A stretch of 64,000 nt of DNA from an uncultured Pseudomonadales bacterium (GCA_964650185.1 CAZYRN010000005.1:18640-82639); one strand, 5' to 3'; shown: positions 38,295 to 48,606, numbered from the stretch's first letter. Numbers and translations: made by a program. The notes: generated by a model from the sequence alone, not told the origin.

Positions 38295-39092
38295 ATGTTA
38301 AAAACGGTTTTTGCTACCAAATTAGATATGACCCAAGCCTGGTCTACGACCGGGAAGAGGTTGGCTGTGACCAAATGTCATGTTGGTCATAATTTGATAG
38401 TTAATAAACTTGAAACTTCAGTTATTAATAAACAAGATCAAACTAAGCAGCAAAACGTAGCTATTTTCGAGATTGGCTACGGTGACAAGAAGCTCAAAAA
38501 CATGTCAAAACCACTCCGAAGCAGACTGCAACAGAGTGGTTTTTCTGAAGGTGTGAAGCAAATTAAGGGTGTAAGAGTTATTTTAGATGAGTTAGGTGAA
38601 GAGGAAAATTTAGATCAACTTAAAGTCGGCGAGACGATTTCTTTAGCCAATGTATTAGAAGTTGGCGATGTAGTAGCTGTGCAAGGCGTCACCAAAGGCC
38701 GCGGTTTTGCCGGTGTGGTTAAACGCCATGGTTTTGCCGGTGGACCTCGAACTCACGGTCAATCTGATCGATTAAGAGCTCCGGGTTCAATTGGAGCGGG
38801 AACTGATCCAGGTAGAGTTTGGCCAGGAATGAAGATGGCTGGTCATTATGGGGTTGATAATAAAACTATTCGCAACTTAACCGTTCTTCATCTCGATCAA
38901 GAATCAGGTGAAGTTTGGTTGAGCGGTCCAGTTCCAGGACATTTAAAATCCATTATTAAAATTACTAAGACCGGACGTAAAAAAGAAGTTGCTTTAGATC
39001 GAGCCGCTTCTGGACTCCCAGAAGAAAAGCCCACGGAGGCACCTGCAGAGACACCAGTAGAGACGCCAGCAGAAGAGAGCAGCAATCAATAA
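38295..39092 (+). CDS. rplC: 50S ribosomal protein L3
   Basis: KGRGFAGVVKRHGF, THGQSDR-RAPGSIG and KMAGH. Confidence 0.98.
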   Translation: MLKTVFATKLDMTQAWSTTGKRLAVTKCHVGHNLIVNKLETSVINKQDQTKQQNVAIFEIGYGDKKLKNMSKPLRSRLQQSGFSEGVKQIKGVRVILDELGEEENLDQLKVGETISLANVLEVGDVVAVQGVTKGRGFAGVVKRHGFAGGPRTHGQSDRLRAPGSIGAGTDPGRVWPGMKMAGHYGVDNKTIRNLTVLHLDQESGEVWLSGPVPGHLKSIIKITKTGRKKEVALDRAASGLPEEKPTEAPAETPVETPAEESSNQ

Positions 39093-39104
39093 AGGCAGTT
39101 GAAG

Positions 39105-39755
39105 ATGAATTTAACCACGTACACAAAAACCGGCAACGTCAGCAAAACTCCTCTCACCGTAAACGAGGCTATTTTTGATGCGCCAGTGAATGAACAGATC
39201 CTGGCTCAAGCCATTCGCGTTTATTTATCAAATCAGCGTCAAGGTACCAGTAAAGTTAAAACCAGATCTAATGTTGCCCGAACCAAGAAAAAATGGTTTA
39301 AACAAAAAGGAACTGGTAATGCTCGACACGGTTCTAGAAACGCCAATATTTTTGTTGGCGGTGGTGTGGCTCATGGTCCAACTGGGCTAGAGAATTGGTC
39401 AAAGAAGCTGACTCAGCGCATTAAGCATCAAGCTTTAATTAGTGCTTTAAGTGCTCAGCAAGATCAAATTGCAGTGTCTGATGGTTTACAAGATCTGTCA
39501 GGCAAAACTAAAGATGCCGCAGCCTTTTTAAATAAAATATCAGCTGAAAATGAAAAAGTTTTAGTAGTAATGACTCAGTATTCAGATGAAGCATTTCGCA
39601 GCTTACGCAATATTGAAAATGTGTTGCTGACTAAAGTAACTCATCTTAATGCCTACGAGGTTGCTTTTGCAGACAAAATTATCTTCACTAGCGACGCAGT
39701 TAAGGAGTTAGAAGCCAGACTCAGCGGCAGTATTAGTACTAAGCAGAGTCAGTAA
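39105..39755 (+). CDS. rplD: 50S ribosomal protein L4
   Basis: RQGT---KTR, QKGTGNARHGS and GGGVAHGP. Confidence 0.98.
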   Translation: MNLTTYTKTGNVSKTPLTVNEAIFDAPVNEQILAQAIRVYLSNQRQGTSKVKTRSNVARTKKKWFKQKGTGNARHGSRNANIFVGGGVAHGPTGLENWSKKLTQRIKHQALISALSAQQDQIAVSDGLQDLSGKTKDAAAFLNKISAENEKVLVVMTQYSDEAFRSLRNIENVLLTKVTHLNAYEVAFADKIIFTSDAVKELEARLSGSISTKQSQ

Positions 39756-39764
39756 AGAATTATC

Positions 39765-40061
39765 ATGAATCCGCACATCATTAAACAACCAATTATCACC
39801 GAAAAAAGTCTGAGCTTAGCTAACTCACAAAATGTTTACACATTTGAAGTTGAGCCCTTAGCTAACAAGCACCAGATTAAAGAAGCAATTGAAGCTCTTT
39901 ATGGGGTGACAGTTGAGAGTGTTAACACCACTGTCCGCAATGCGCAGACAGCTAAAACCGGCCGCCGCCGCTTAGAAAAGAGCATTGGCCGGAAGAAAAA
40001 AGCTTTAATTAAAATTAAAGATGGTGAAAGTATTGAGTTATTTGATGTTTACAGCGAGTAA
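39765..40061 (+). CDS. rplW: 50S ribosomal protein L23
   Basis: PIITEKS, YTFEV---ANK-QIK and KKA. Confidence 0.98.
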   Translation: MNPHIIKQPIITEKSLSLANSQNVYTFEVEPLANKHQIKEAIEALYGVTVESVNTTVRNAQTAKTGRRRLEKSIGRKKKALIKIKDGESIELFDVYSE

Positions 40062-40063
40062 AT

Positions 40064-40912
40064 ATGCTAAAGAAACAAAAACCAACCACTAGCGGTAGAA
40101 GACACCAGGTTAACACTGATCGCTCTGATCTCTATAAAGGTGAGCCGGAAAAATCTTTAGTAGCTAAAGGCCACAAGAAACGCCAGGGTCGAGGTGCTAA
40201 AGGCCGGATTACTGTCAGACATCGTGGCGGTGGGGTGAAGAAAAAGATGCGAATTATTGACTGGAAACGTGATAAACACGATATTCCAGGCCGGGTGGAG
40301 CGGATTGAGTATGATCCCATGCGCAGCGCCAACATTGCTTTAATTATTTATGCTGATGGTGAAAAACGATACATCGTGGCTCCGACTAACTTACAAGTTG
40401 ATCAGACCGTGATTGCTGGTGAAAAAGTTGAAGTGATTGATGGCAATGCCATGCCGTTACAAAACATCCCGATTGGTATTCCCGTGCACAACATTGAGAT
40501 GAGACCAGGCAAGGGCGCTCAGTTAGTCAGGGGTGCTGGGACTGCGGCTTACCTGCAATCAAAAGAAGGTAAATATGCTACGATCCAGATGCCTTCTAAA
40601 GAACTTCGATTGATAAACCTCAAGTGCTACGCTACAATTGGCCAAGTTGGAAACTCCGATTGGAAAAATCGCAAGATCGGCAAAGCTGGTCGGAAGCGGT
40701 TAATGGGTATTCGGCCCACAGTCCGTGGTACTGCTCAGCATCCAGGCAGCCATCCTCATGGAGGTGGTGAGGGCAGATCCGGAGTTGGTATGAAGTATCC
40801 GAAGACCCCATGGGGTAAACCAGCTCGAGGTAATAAGACTAGAAGTAAACGAAAAACCAATAAGTTTATCGCGTTCAGGATAGAAGAAAGAAAGCGTAAC
40901 AAAGGTAATTGA
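40064..40912 (+). CDS. rplB: 50S ribosomal protein L2
   Basis: [23 protein letters not shown] and HPHGGGEGR. Possible 2-bp indel near the 3' end. Confidence 0.98.
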   Translation: MLKKQKPTTSGRRHQVNTDRSDLYKGEPEKSLVAKGHKKRQGRGAKGRITVRHRGGGVKKKMRIIDWKRDKHDIPGRVERIEYDPMRSANIALIIYADGEKRYIVAPTNLQVDQTVIAGEKVEVIDGNAMPLQNIPIGIPVHNIEMRPGKGAQLVRGAGTAAYLQSKEGKYATIQMPSKELRLINLKCYATIGQVGNSDWKNRKIGKAGRKRLMGIRPTVRGTAQHPGSHPHGGGEGRSGVGMKYPKTPWGKPARGNKTRSKRKTNKFIAFRIEERKRNKGN

Positions 40913-40916
40913 TATT

Positions 40917-41201
40917 ATGTCAAGATCAAGTAAAAAAGGACCATACATCGATCCGAAACTGCTTAAAAAAGTGATGCAGCAGAAGGAAAAGGGTGATAAA
41001 AGCCCGATTAAAACCTGGGCTAGAGACTGCACAGTGGCGCCTGAATTTGTGGGTCACACCTTTTTAGTTCATAGCGGCAAAGATTTTAAAGAAGTATTTT
41101 GTAGCGAAGCGATGGTGGGTCATAAGCTAGGTGAGTTTGCGATTACTCGCAACTTCCGTGGTCATGGCCGCATGGTAAAGAGAACACTTACTAAGACCTA
41201 A
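40917..41201 (+). CDS. rpsS: 30S ribosomal protein S19
   Basis: RS-KKGPY, IKTWAR and MVGHKLGEF. Confidence 0.99.
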   Translation: MSRSSKKGPYIDPKLLKKVMQQKEKGDKSPIKTWARDCTVAPEFVGHTFLVHSGKDFKEVFCSEAMVGHKLGEFAITRNFRGHGRMVKRTLTKT

Positions 41202-41208
41202 GGTGAAA

Positions 41209-41685
41209 ATGAAATTAATTGCATTACAAAAAAACGTGCGGCAGTCACCCAGAAAGGTCAGGTTAGTGGCTAATCAAGTCAAAGACCTGGAACTGGAAAC
41301 AGCCTTGCGTCAGCTCGCTGTCATTGAGCGTAAAGCGAGCTTGGTCATCTTAAAAGTGATGAAGCAGGCCATTGCTAACGCCATGAATAATCATCAGTTG
41401 CCTTTTGATCAGCTGGCGATTAAGAGTATTGAGGTTACTCCAGGAGCAACCTACAAGCGTTGGAATGCAGTTAGCCGCGGTCGAGCTCATGAAATCATGA
41501 AGCGCACCTGTCACGTTAAAATTGAGTTAGAAACTAAGCAGGCTGAAGAGAAGAAAGCTGAAGCTAAGAAACCAGTTAAAGCAGAGGCTAAGCCAGTCGA
41601 TAAGAAGCCAGCTAAGGCAGAGGCTAAGCCAGCCGCTAAGAAAACAGCAGCTAAAAAAGTTAAAAAAAGTAGCGAGAAGAAATAA
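41209..41685 (+). CDS. rplV: 50S ribosomal protein L22 with Lys/Ala-rich C-terminal extension
   Basis: RQSPRKVRLVA, AIANA and RGRA--I-KRT-H. Alternative GTG start at 41203. Confidence 0.97.
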   Translation: MKLIALQKNVRQSPRKVRLVANQVKDLELETALRQLAVIERKASLVILKVMKQAIANAMNNHQLPFDQLAIKSIEVTPGATYKRWNAVSRGRAHEIMKRTCHVKIELETKQAEEKKAEAKKPVKAEAKPVDKKPAKAEAKPAAKKTAAKKVKKSSEKK

Positions 41686-41688
41686 TTT

Positions 41689-42342
41689 ATGGGACAAAAA
41701 GTACACCCCACCGGCTTTCGTTTAGGAACAACTTTCAGCTGGAAGTCCCGCTGGTATGCGGATAAAGCTGATTATTCAGACCGAGTAATTGAAGATTTCA
41801 GGCTGCGAGAATATCTGGATGAGAAGTTAGCTAATGCTGGAATGGCTGAGATTAATATTGAGCGATCTTTAAAAAAGATTCGAATTGTCTTAACAGTTGC
41901 CAGACCAGGTGTGGTGATTGGCCGCGGTGGTGTCAATTTAGAAGAAATCAGAAAAGATGTGGAGAAGCTACTGAATGTTTCTAAAACCACTCGAGATAAA
42001 GTTCAAATTGATTTACAAGTTAATGAAGTTAAAGATGCTAATTTAAGTGCTAAATTAGTCGCTGAGAGAATTTCTCAGCAGCTAGCTTCACGTTACCCTC
42101 ACCGTCGGGCTGTCAGCCAGGCTTTGGAAAGGGTGATGCAAGCTGGCGCAAAAGGTGTTAAAATCCAGCTTTCCGGTAGAATCGGTGGAGCGGAAATTGG
42201 TCGGACTGAAAAGTATTATGAAGGCAGTATTCCCACTCAGACTTTGAGAGCGAATATTGATTACTATCATGAAGCCGCCAATACCCGGTCTGGTTATGTC
42301 GGCATTAAAGTATGGATTTATAAGGGAGAAGAAGAAATCTAA
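41689..42342 (+). CDS. rpsC: 30S ribosomal protein S3
   Basis: [31 protein letters not shown] and TLRANIDY. Confidence 0.99.
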   Translation: MGQKVHPTGFRLGTTFSWKSRWYADKADYSDRVIEDFRLREYLDEKLANAGMAEINIERSLKKIRIVLTVARPGVVIGRGGVNLEEIRKDVEKLLNVSKTTRDKVQIDLQVNEVKDANLSAKLVAERISQQLASRYPHRRAVSQALERVMQAGAKGVKIQLSGRIGGAEIGRTEKYYEGSIPTQTLRANIDYYHEAANTRSGYVGIKVWIYKGEEEI

Positions 42343-42350
42343 AGGTCATT

Positions 42351-42755
42351 ATGTTGCAACCGAAAAAAACAAAGTTTCGCAAGCAGTTTCGGGGAAAGAT
42401 GGCCGGAAATGCCCAGAGTGTCAACCAGATTTCTTTTGGTGACATGGGATTAAATGATAAAACTCGATGTTGTTTCTAATCTCGGCAGATTGAAGCCGCC
42501 CGGAAAAAGATTACTTACATGACTAAGAGAACTGGTAAGTACTGGATTAGAATTTTTCCAGATAAACCAGTTACCAGCAAACCCGTGGGGGTGAAGATGG
42601 GTTCAGGTAAGGGCGATGTTGACCGCTATGTGGCCGTGGTCCTGCCAGGAACAGTTTTAATCGAATTAGGCGGAGTGCCAGATGAAATGGGCCGAGAAGC
42701 TTTGAGAAAAGCCTCTCACAAACTGTCAGTTAGAACACAGATTATTGAGAAATAA
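42351..42755 (+). CDS. rplP: 50S ribosomal protein L16 with in-frame TAA at codon 43 (42477-42479), probably a sequence error
   Basis: [15 protein letters not shown]...[22 protein letters not shown]...IRIFPDKP...MGSGKG in one frame with normal length. Confidence 0.93.
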
Positions 42756-42758
42756 AAC

Positions 42759-43040
42759 ATGAAACGAAACGATATTAACTTACTACACGAAAAAACTCTC
42801 GCTGAGCTGCAGGAGCAGTTAGTTGAGTTAAATCAGCAGTGGGCGAAAGCCAAGCTAGAGTTGAAAGTAAATAAGTTAAGTGATCTGCGCAGTCCTTCTA
42901 AATTAAGAGATGACATTGCCCGGGTCAAGACTATCATGAGAGAAAAAGAGTTATTAGCAGCAGTAGAAGAGTATGTGCAGCAGATCAAACAAGGGCAGGC
43001 AGCTGCTCCTGCTGAGGCAGAAGGCAGTCAGGAAGCATAA
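42759..43040 (+). CDS. rpmC: 50S ribosomal protein L29 with C-terminal extension
   Basis: Position after rplP; LRDDIARVKTIMRE. Confidence 0.93.
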   Translation: MKRNDINLLHEKTLAELQEQLVELNQQWAKAKLELKVNKLSDLRSPSKLRDDIARVKTIMREKELLAAVEEYVQQIKQGQAAAPAEAEGSQEA

Positions 43041-43042
43041 GT

Positions 43043-43282
43043 ATGTCAAAAAAACAGTTACATGGCACCGTGACCTCACTCGCTACTGAAAAGACAGCGC
43101 GGGTAGAAGTAAATCGACAATGGCAGCATCCTTTATACCAGAAACGGGTTAGCCGCGGTAAAAATTATGCCTGTCATTATGAAAATCTTGAGTTAGCTTT
43201 AGGTGATGAGGTAGTGATTGAAGAATCTCGACCTTTAAGCAAAACCAAGCGTTTTAGAGTTATTGAAAAAATAGAAAAATAG
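43043..43282 (+). CDS. rpsQ: 30S ribosomal protein S17
   Basis: G-V-S----KT, HPLY-K and GDEV-IEESRPLSKTKR. Confidence 0.98.
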   Translation: MSKKQLHGTVTSLATEKTARVEVNRQWQHPLYQKRVSRGKNYACHYENLELALGDEVVIEESRPLSKTKRFRVIEKIEK

Positions 43283-43283
43283 T

Positions 43284-43658
43284 ATGATACAGTTAAGATC
43301 AACACTAGATGTGGCTGATAACAGCGGAGCTAAAAAGCTGCGAGTGATTCAGGTTTATGGTGGATCCAAGCGACGTTTTGGCTATGTTGGCGATATGGTG
43401 AGTGCTTCAGTCATTGAAGCACAGCCTCAGGGTCAGCTAAAAAAGGGTGAAATTGTGCGGGCAGTGATTGTGAGAACCAGAAAAGAGAAGCGCCGCCCCA
43501 ATGGTGAATATGTTCGATTTGATAACAATGCAGCGGTGGTGGTTCAATCCCGCAATAATCTCGATCCGATTGGCACCAGAGTTTTTGGACCAATCGCTCG
43601 AGAAGTTAAAGACCAGGGATACAACCGGGTAGCCAGTTTAGCTCCGGAGGTACTATAA
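43284..43658 (+). CDS. rplN: 50S ribosomal protein L14
   Basis: VADNSGAK, RFDNNAAV, GTRVFGP and SLAPEVL. Confidence 0.99.
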   Translation: MIQLRSTLDVADNSGAKKLRVIQVYGGSKRRFGYVGDMVSASVIEAQPQGQLKKGEIVRAVIVRTRKEKRRPNGEYVRFDNNAAVVVQSRNNLDPIGTRVFGPIAREVKDQGYNRVASLAPEVL

Positions 43659-43660
43659 CT

Positions 43661-44005
43661 ATGAAATTTAAAGCAGGCGATCAAGTTCTAGTCACAGCTG
43701 GTAAAGACAAGGGTAAAAAGAGCGAAATTGTGCGCGTTATCCCTCAGCTTGACCGAGTGGTAGTTAAAGGTCTGAATCTTTACACCAAGCACGTTCGTCC
43801 ACAAGGAGAGCGCTCGGGTGATAAAGTGACTTTAGAGCGGCCATTGCCTACTGCCAAGATTGCCATTTTAAACGAAGCCGGTGAACCGGATCGGATTGGC
43901 TATCAAGTGGCTAAAGATGGTACTAAAACTAGAGTCTTTAAAAAATCTGGTCAAGCTGTGCCAGAACCAAAAACAGCTGCTAAAAAAAATAATCAGAAAA
44001 AATAA
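43661..44005 (+). CDS. rplX: 50S ribosomal protein L24
   Basis: KOW motif GDQVLVTAGKDKGK, and RIGY. Confidence 0.98.
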   Translation: MKFKAGDQVLVTAGKDKGKKSEIVRVIPQLDRVVVKGLNLYTKHVRPQGERSGDKVTLERPLPTAKIAILNEAGEPDRIGYQVAKDGTKTRVFKKSGQAVPEPKTAAKKNNQKK

Positions 44006-44011
44006 AAATAT

Positions 44012-44569
44012 ATGAATCGTTTGCAAAAAAAATACCAGCAGGAAGTGGTGCCGCAGTTGAAAAAAGAATTCAACCAGAGCTCAGTATTTGCTGTGCCGCG
44101 AATTCGCAAGATTGTGCTCAATGTTGGCGTGACTGAACCCAAAGAAGCTCGCGCTCGCTGGCAGAAGATGGACAACATTGTGGAGCAGTTTAAGATTATT
44201 GCTGGCCAAAAGCCAATGGTGACAACTGCTCGGCAATCTATTGCCGGCTTTACGTTAAGAGAAGGTGATCCAGTGGGAGCGATGGTGACTTTAAGAGGAC
44301 AGCGAATGTGGGAGTTTTTAGACAAACTTATTTCCATTACTCTGCCTCGGGTTAAAGACTTCCAAGGTGTCTCAAGAACTGCTTTCGATGGCAATGGCAA
44401 CTACAGCTTAGGATTAGAAGAACAGATTGTTTTTCCTGAAATTGATTACGATAAAATTGATCAAGTGAGGGGCTTGCAAGTGGTGATCGTGACTGATGCT
44501 GATGAAAATCAGCCAGCCTTTAGATTACTGGAACTGTTGGGCATGCCCTTTAAGAAAGAGGAGAAGTAA
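44012..44569 (+). CDS. rplE: 50S ribosomal protein L5
   Basis: KIVLNVG, GQKP, VTLRG and LPRVKDFQG. Confidence 0.99.
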   Translation: MNRLQKKYQQEVVPQLKKEFNQSSVFAVPRIRKIVLNVGVTEPKEARARWQKMDNIVEQFKIIAGQKPMVTTARQSIAGFTLREGDPVGAMVTLRGQRMWEFLDKLISITLPRVKDFQGVSRTAFDGNGNYSLGLEEQIVFPEIDYDKIDQVRGLQVVIVTDADENQPAFRLLELLGMPFKKEEK

Positions 44570-44571
44570 AT

Positions 44572-44814
44572 ATGGCTAAAACATCAAAGATTGTCAAATC
44601 AAATAAATTAAAGCAGAAAAGAGCTCAGTACGAGGAAAATTTCTTGCAGCAAGATCAGCGCAAAGAAAATCGCGTCTCGACTAGGGGTAAGAATCGGTGT
44701 AAAATCACAGGTCGTCCTAGAGGTTACATGAGTTACTTCGGATTAAGTAGAATCACGTTCCGTGAGTTAGCCAATAAAGGCGAACTCCCAGGCGTAGTAA
44801 AAGCAAGTAGGTAA
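44572..44814 (+). CDS. rpsN: 30S ribosomal protein S14, zinc-independent (C-minus) form, 80 aa
   Basis: [11 protein letters not shown]...[21 protein letters not shown]; only one Cys. Confidence 0.97.
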   Translation: MAKTSKIVKSNKLKQKRAQYEENFLQQDQRKENRVSTRGKNRCKITGRPRGYMSYFGLSRITFRELANKGELPGVVKASR

Positions 44815-44820
44815 TTAAGC

Positions 44821-45213
44821 ATGAGTAATGATCCAATAGCAGACATGCTGATCAGAATCAAAAATGCGCACATGGCTGGGCATAAAGAAGTGGTGATGCC
44901 ACATTCTAAAATGAAGCTAGCTATCGCGCAGGTTCTTGAAGAAAATAAGTATGTCGAGCGAGTCGAGGTAATTGAAAAAGCACCTCAAAATGAAATTAAA
45001 CTGGTGCTGCGCTATGTCGGCAGCTTGCCAGCTATCACTGAGGTAAAGAGAATTTCTAAACCAGGCAGAAGATTATATGCTTCCGTCAATGAAATTCCCG
45101 AAGCTCTCGGTGGATACGGAATTACGATTGTTAGTACCAACAAAGGAGTCGTAACAGGACAGGTCGCTCGACAGAATAACGTCGGCGGTGAAATCCTGTG
45201 TCAGATTTGGTAA
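44821..45213 (+). CDS. rpsH: 30S ribosomal protein S8
   Basis: DPIADML-RIKNA, SKPGRR-Y, STNKG and GGE. Confidence 0.99.
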   Translation: MSNDPIADMLIRIKNAHMAGHKEVVMPHSKMKLAIAQVLEENKYVERVEVIEKAPQNEIKLVLRYVGSLPAITEVKRISKPGRRLYASVNEIPEALGGYGITIVSTNKGVVTGQVARQNNVGGEILCQIW

Positions 45214-45215
45214 AT

Positions 45216-45755
45216 ATGTCAAAAATAGGCCGCAGACCCATTAGCATTCCAGATCAAGTTTCAGTTGCAGTATCAGATGAACAGATTCTGGTTAAAGGAC
45301 CCAAGGGTGAGCTGAGCGTGGTGGTCTTACCAGGTGTTAAAGTTGAAGTTAAAGATCAGGAGGTGACCGTATCTCGGGCCAATGAAGAAAAACAGACTAA
45401 AGCTAATCATGGCCTCATCCGCAGCTTGATTCACAATCAAGTACTTGGTGTATCTGAGGGTTTTAAAAAGACCTTGAAGATGGTGGGAACGGGTTACCGG
45501 GTGCAAGCCAAAGGAACTGGGGTGAACTTACAAGTTGGTTATTCTCATGATGTGGAATACCCCGCACCAGCTGGTATTAGCATTAAAGTTGAAGGAAACG
45601 ACACGATCGTGATTGAAGGCATCGATAAACAGCAAGTTGGTCAAGTGGCTGCTGAAATCAGAGCGATCAAACCTCCTGAGCCTTATAAGGGTAAGGGTAT
45701 TAGATATGAAGACGAAGTAGTGAGAAGAAAACAGGGCAAGACGACCGCTGCTTAA
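45216..45755 (+). CDS. rplF: 50S ribosomal protein L6
   Basis: MSKIGRRPI, VKGPKG and PEPYKGKGIRY. Confidence 0.99.
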   Translation: MSKIGRRPISIPDQVSVAVSDEQILVKGPKGELSVVVLPGVKVEVKDQEVTVSRANEEKQTKANHGLIRSLIHNQVLGVSEGFKKTLKMVGTGYRVQAKGTGVNLQVGYSHDVEYPAPAGISIKVEGNDTIVIEGIDKQQVGQVAAEIRAIKPPEPYKGKGIRYEDEVVRRKQGKTTAA

Positions 45756-45768
45756 ATAGAAATTCGTT

Positions 45769-46125
45769 ATGGCAAACATTAATCATCATCAATCACCAGT
45801 CGACAAGAGAAAAAGCCGAGTGCGCAGTAAGCTCTTTGGTACTGCTAAGCGGCCGAGGCTAACAGTCTATCGCTCCAATCATTACACCTACTTACAGGCA
45901 ATCAATGATGAAAAAGGTGAAACAGTGGCAGCCGCCAGTGACATTACTCTAAAAGATCGAGTTGGCACTAAAACTGAGCGGGCGATAAAATCTGCTCAAG
46001 AAGTAGCTGAACAACTGAAAAGTAAAAAGATTAAAAGTTTAGTTTTTGACCGCGGTTCCTATCGATATCACGGTCGGGTCAAAGCAGTGGCCAATGCCTT
46101 AAGAGCAGCTGGCTTGAAATTTTAG
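45769..46125 (+). CDS. rplR: 50S ribosomal protein L18
   Basis: RPRLTVYRSN and FDRG-YRYHGRVKA. Confidence 0.99.
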   Translation: MANINHHQSPVDKRKSRVRSKLFGTAKRPRLTVYRSNHYTYLQAINDEKGETVAAASDITLKDRVGTKTERAIKSAQEVAEQLKSKKIKSLVFDRGSYRYHGRVKAVANALRAAGLKF

Positions 46126-46136
46126 TAAAGGATCAT

Positions 46137-46748
46137 ATGGCTCAACCTGTTAATAAAGAATTCGAAGAAAAGGTCATCCAAGTTGCTCGCGTGTCTAAAA
46201 AGACTAAGGGTGGTAATACCTTTGGTTTTTCTGTAGTGATGGTAGTGGGTGATAAAAAAGGTAAGGTTGGAGTGGCTAAGGGTAAAGCTCCCGATGTAGT
46301 TTCTGCTATTCGCAAGGGTGTTAAAAAAGCTAAGAAAAGGATGATTCAGGTTCCAATTGATGGCACTACTGTTCCTTTTAGTGTCAATGTCAATCAAGGT
46401 GCAGCTCAAATTATTTTAAAACCAGCCCCTCGCGGAACAGGAGTGATTGCTGGCGGACCAGTTAGAGCCGTGGTGGAAGCAGCTGGGATTAGAGATATTT
46501 CCAGCAAAATTTTGGGAACGAATAATAAAGCCAGTAATGCTTATGCAACTTTTACCGCTTTAAAGGAAATTGCCGATTTAGTGAAAATTAAAGGAATTAC
46601 TTTAAAGTCAGTGGCAGATGTAGAGAAAGAAGAAAAAGCTAAGGAGCAGGAGCTGCAAGAGCAGGCTAAAAAGAAGTCAGAAGAAGCTGCCGAGGCTGAA
46701 ACCAAATCAACCAAGCCAGCTCAGCAGAAAGCACCAGCTAAGAAATAA
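46137..46748 (+). CDS. rpsE: 30S ribosomal protein S5 with charged C-terminal extension
   Basis: RVSKKTKGG, VVGD-KG-VG and PAPRGTGVIAGG. Confidence 0.99.
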   Translation: MAQPVNKEFEEKVIQVARVSKKTKGGNTFGFSVVMVVGDKKGKVGVAKGKAPDVVSAIRKGVKKAKKRMIQVPIDGTTVPFSVNVNQGAAQIILKPAPRGTGVIAGGPVRAVVEAAGIRDISSKILGTNNKASNAYATFTALKEIADLVKIKGITLKSVADVEKEEKAKEQELQEQAKKKSEEAAEAETKSTKPAQQKAPAKK

Positions 46749-46750
46749 CT

Positions 46751-47188
46751 ATGTCAATTTTAAATCAACTCGCTAGCATTAAAGAAAATTCTAAAAAAAG
46801 AGTCGGTCGAGGTTATGGCTCAGGTAAGGGTGGTCATACTGCAGGTCACGGTACCAAAGGCCAGGGCTCTCGTGGAGGATCTAAGACGCCTTTATGGTTT
46901 GAAGGCGGTCAGCTGCCATTAGTCAGACGTTTGCCGATGTTAAGAGGTAAGGGTCGCTTTAATGTGGTTAATCCCACTGCTCAGCTAACCTTGTCAGAGC
47001 TAAACAATCTTGATATGGAAGTAGTCACTTTAGCAGCTTTAATTGAGGCTAAAATCATTGATAGCCGATTCAAGAAAGCCAAGATTATTAAATCCGGCAC
47101 AATTTCTCGCAAGGTCACAGTGGAAGGCATTGGTGTTACCGCTGGCGCACGTCAAGAGATTGAAAAAGCAGGTGGTTCTGTTAAGTAA
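46751..47188 (+). CDS. rplO: 50S ribosomal protein L15
   Basis: RVGRG-GSGKG, FEGGQLPL-RRLP and IEKAGG. Follows rpsE after 2 nt, so no rpmD. Confidence 0.99.
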   Translation: MSILNQLASIKENSKKRVGRGYGSGKGGHTAGHGTKGQGSRGGSKTPLWFEGGQLPLVRRLPMLRGKGRFNVVNPTAQLTLSELNNLDMEVVTLAALIEAKIIDSRFKKAKIIKSGTISRKVTVEGIGVTAGARQEIEKAGGSVK

Positions 47189-47214
47189 ATTAAGTTAAGA
47201 TAAGTACTGCCGAT

Positions 47215-48501
47215 ATGCAGCAATTCTTTAATCTGATCAATCGAATTTTCGCGACGCGTGACTTACGCCGAAAAATACTATTTACCTTGGGAATTTTTCT
47301 TGTTTACCGATTTTTAGCCCACATTCCGGTGCCAGGAGTTAATATTGGTCAACTGCAGGCTATTTTTGCTTCCAGTCAGTTTTTAAACATGCTTAATATT
47401 TTCTCTGGGGGAACTTTAGCCAATTTCTCCATAGCTGCGGTGGGTATTAATCCCTACATTACTGCTTCGATCGTGATGCAGCTGGCTAGCATGGTCTTTC
47501 CGCAGTTAAAAGAGATGCAGAAAGAAGGTGAATCAGGTAAGGAGCGTGTTAATCAATATACGCGGTTATTATCGGTTCCGCTGGCGGTGGTGCAGAGTGT
47601 CTCGGTCATTGCCTTACTTAACTCACAAAATCTCATCGATATGGGTAATCCAATTGCTTTAGTTGGCTTAATCACCAGCTTAGTAGCTGGTGCCATGATC
47701 ATTATGTGGCTGGGTGAATTAATCTCAGAATATGGTATTGGCAATGGCATCTCCATGATTTTATTAGGTGGTATTGTCAGCCAATTCCCCCTAGCGTTTG
47801 CGCAAACCGCGGCATCATCAAGCTCACAGCAAACAGCAACTATGCTGACTTTTGGAGTGGTCGGTTTAGCGATGATTGCCTTAATTGTCTTCATGAATGA
47901 AGCCGTTAGAAAAGTGAACATTCAATATGCGCGACGGGCTCGTGGCAGTCGTGTCTATGGCGGCCAGACCACTCACTTGCCGATTAGGGTTAATGTGGCT
48001 GGGGTGATGCCGATTATTTTTGCGGTATCGATCATGATGCTACCCTCTTTCTTATCAAGAATTTTAATCTCTGCTGGCAATGCACAGCTGGTACAGATTG
48101 GTCAGGTGCTCGCCATTTGGGCCAATCCCACCTCTGCCCCTTACATGATCTTTTATTTCTTGCTGGTCTTTAGCTTCACCTTTTTCTCAGCTTTGTTATT
48201 CTTTAATGCTGAAGAGATGTCCGGTGAACTGAAGAAGAGCGGTGCTTTTGTCCCTGGTATTAGACCTGGCAGTCCCACGAAGAAGTTCCTGGAATATATT
48301 GTGACCAGAATTAGCTTGGCTGGAGCGATTTTCCTAGGTTTCATTGCCTTGACTCCTTCATTTGCTCAGCTCTTTACTGGAGTTGGCAACCTAGCGATTG
48401 GTGGAACTTCCATTTTAATTGTTGTCTCGGTCATTTTAGAAACGTCAAAACAGGTCGAAGCGCTACTTGTCGGCCAAAACTATGAACGATACATCCGCTA
48501 A
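47215..48501 (+). CDS. secY: Preprotein translocase SecY
   Basis: GINPYITASI, GIGNGIS, AGVMPIIFA, PGIRPG and GGTSILIVV. Confidence 0.99.
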   Translation: MQQFFNLINRIFATRDLRRKILFTLGIFLVYRFLAHIPVPGVNIGQLQAIFASSQFLNMLNIFSGGTLANFSIAAVGINPYITASIVMQLASMVFPQLKEMQKEGESGKERVNQYTRLLSVPLAVVQSVSVIALLNSQNLIDMGNPIALVGLITSLVAGAMIIMWLGELISEYGIGNGISMILLGGIVSQFPLAFAQTAASSSSQQTATMLTFGVVGLAMIALIVFMNEAVRKVNIQYARRARGSRVYGGQTTHLPIRVNVAGVMPIIFAVSIMMLPSFLSRILISAGNAQLVQIGQVLAIWANPTSAPYMIFYFLLVFSFTFFSALLFFNAEEMSGELKKSGAFVPGIRPGSPTKKFLEYIVTRISLAGAIFLGFIALTPSFAQLFTGVGNLAIGGTSILIVVSVILETSKQVEALLVGQNYERYIR

Positions 48502-48606
48502 GGATTTAGCTGCAATTGCCATCAGCTGTAGCCGCATTTTTCTTCTTGAATTATCGATAAAAAAAGGTATATTACCTAGGTCATAGTAAACAACAGGGGA
48601 GCGTTT

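Noticed and set aside
42477-42479. Stop-codon reassignment, readthrough or intron in rplP
   Set aside because: TAA ends most genes here, the length is colinear with uL16 (no insertion), and neighbouring codons are also corrupted, which fits a sequence error.
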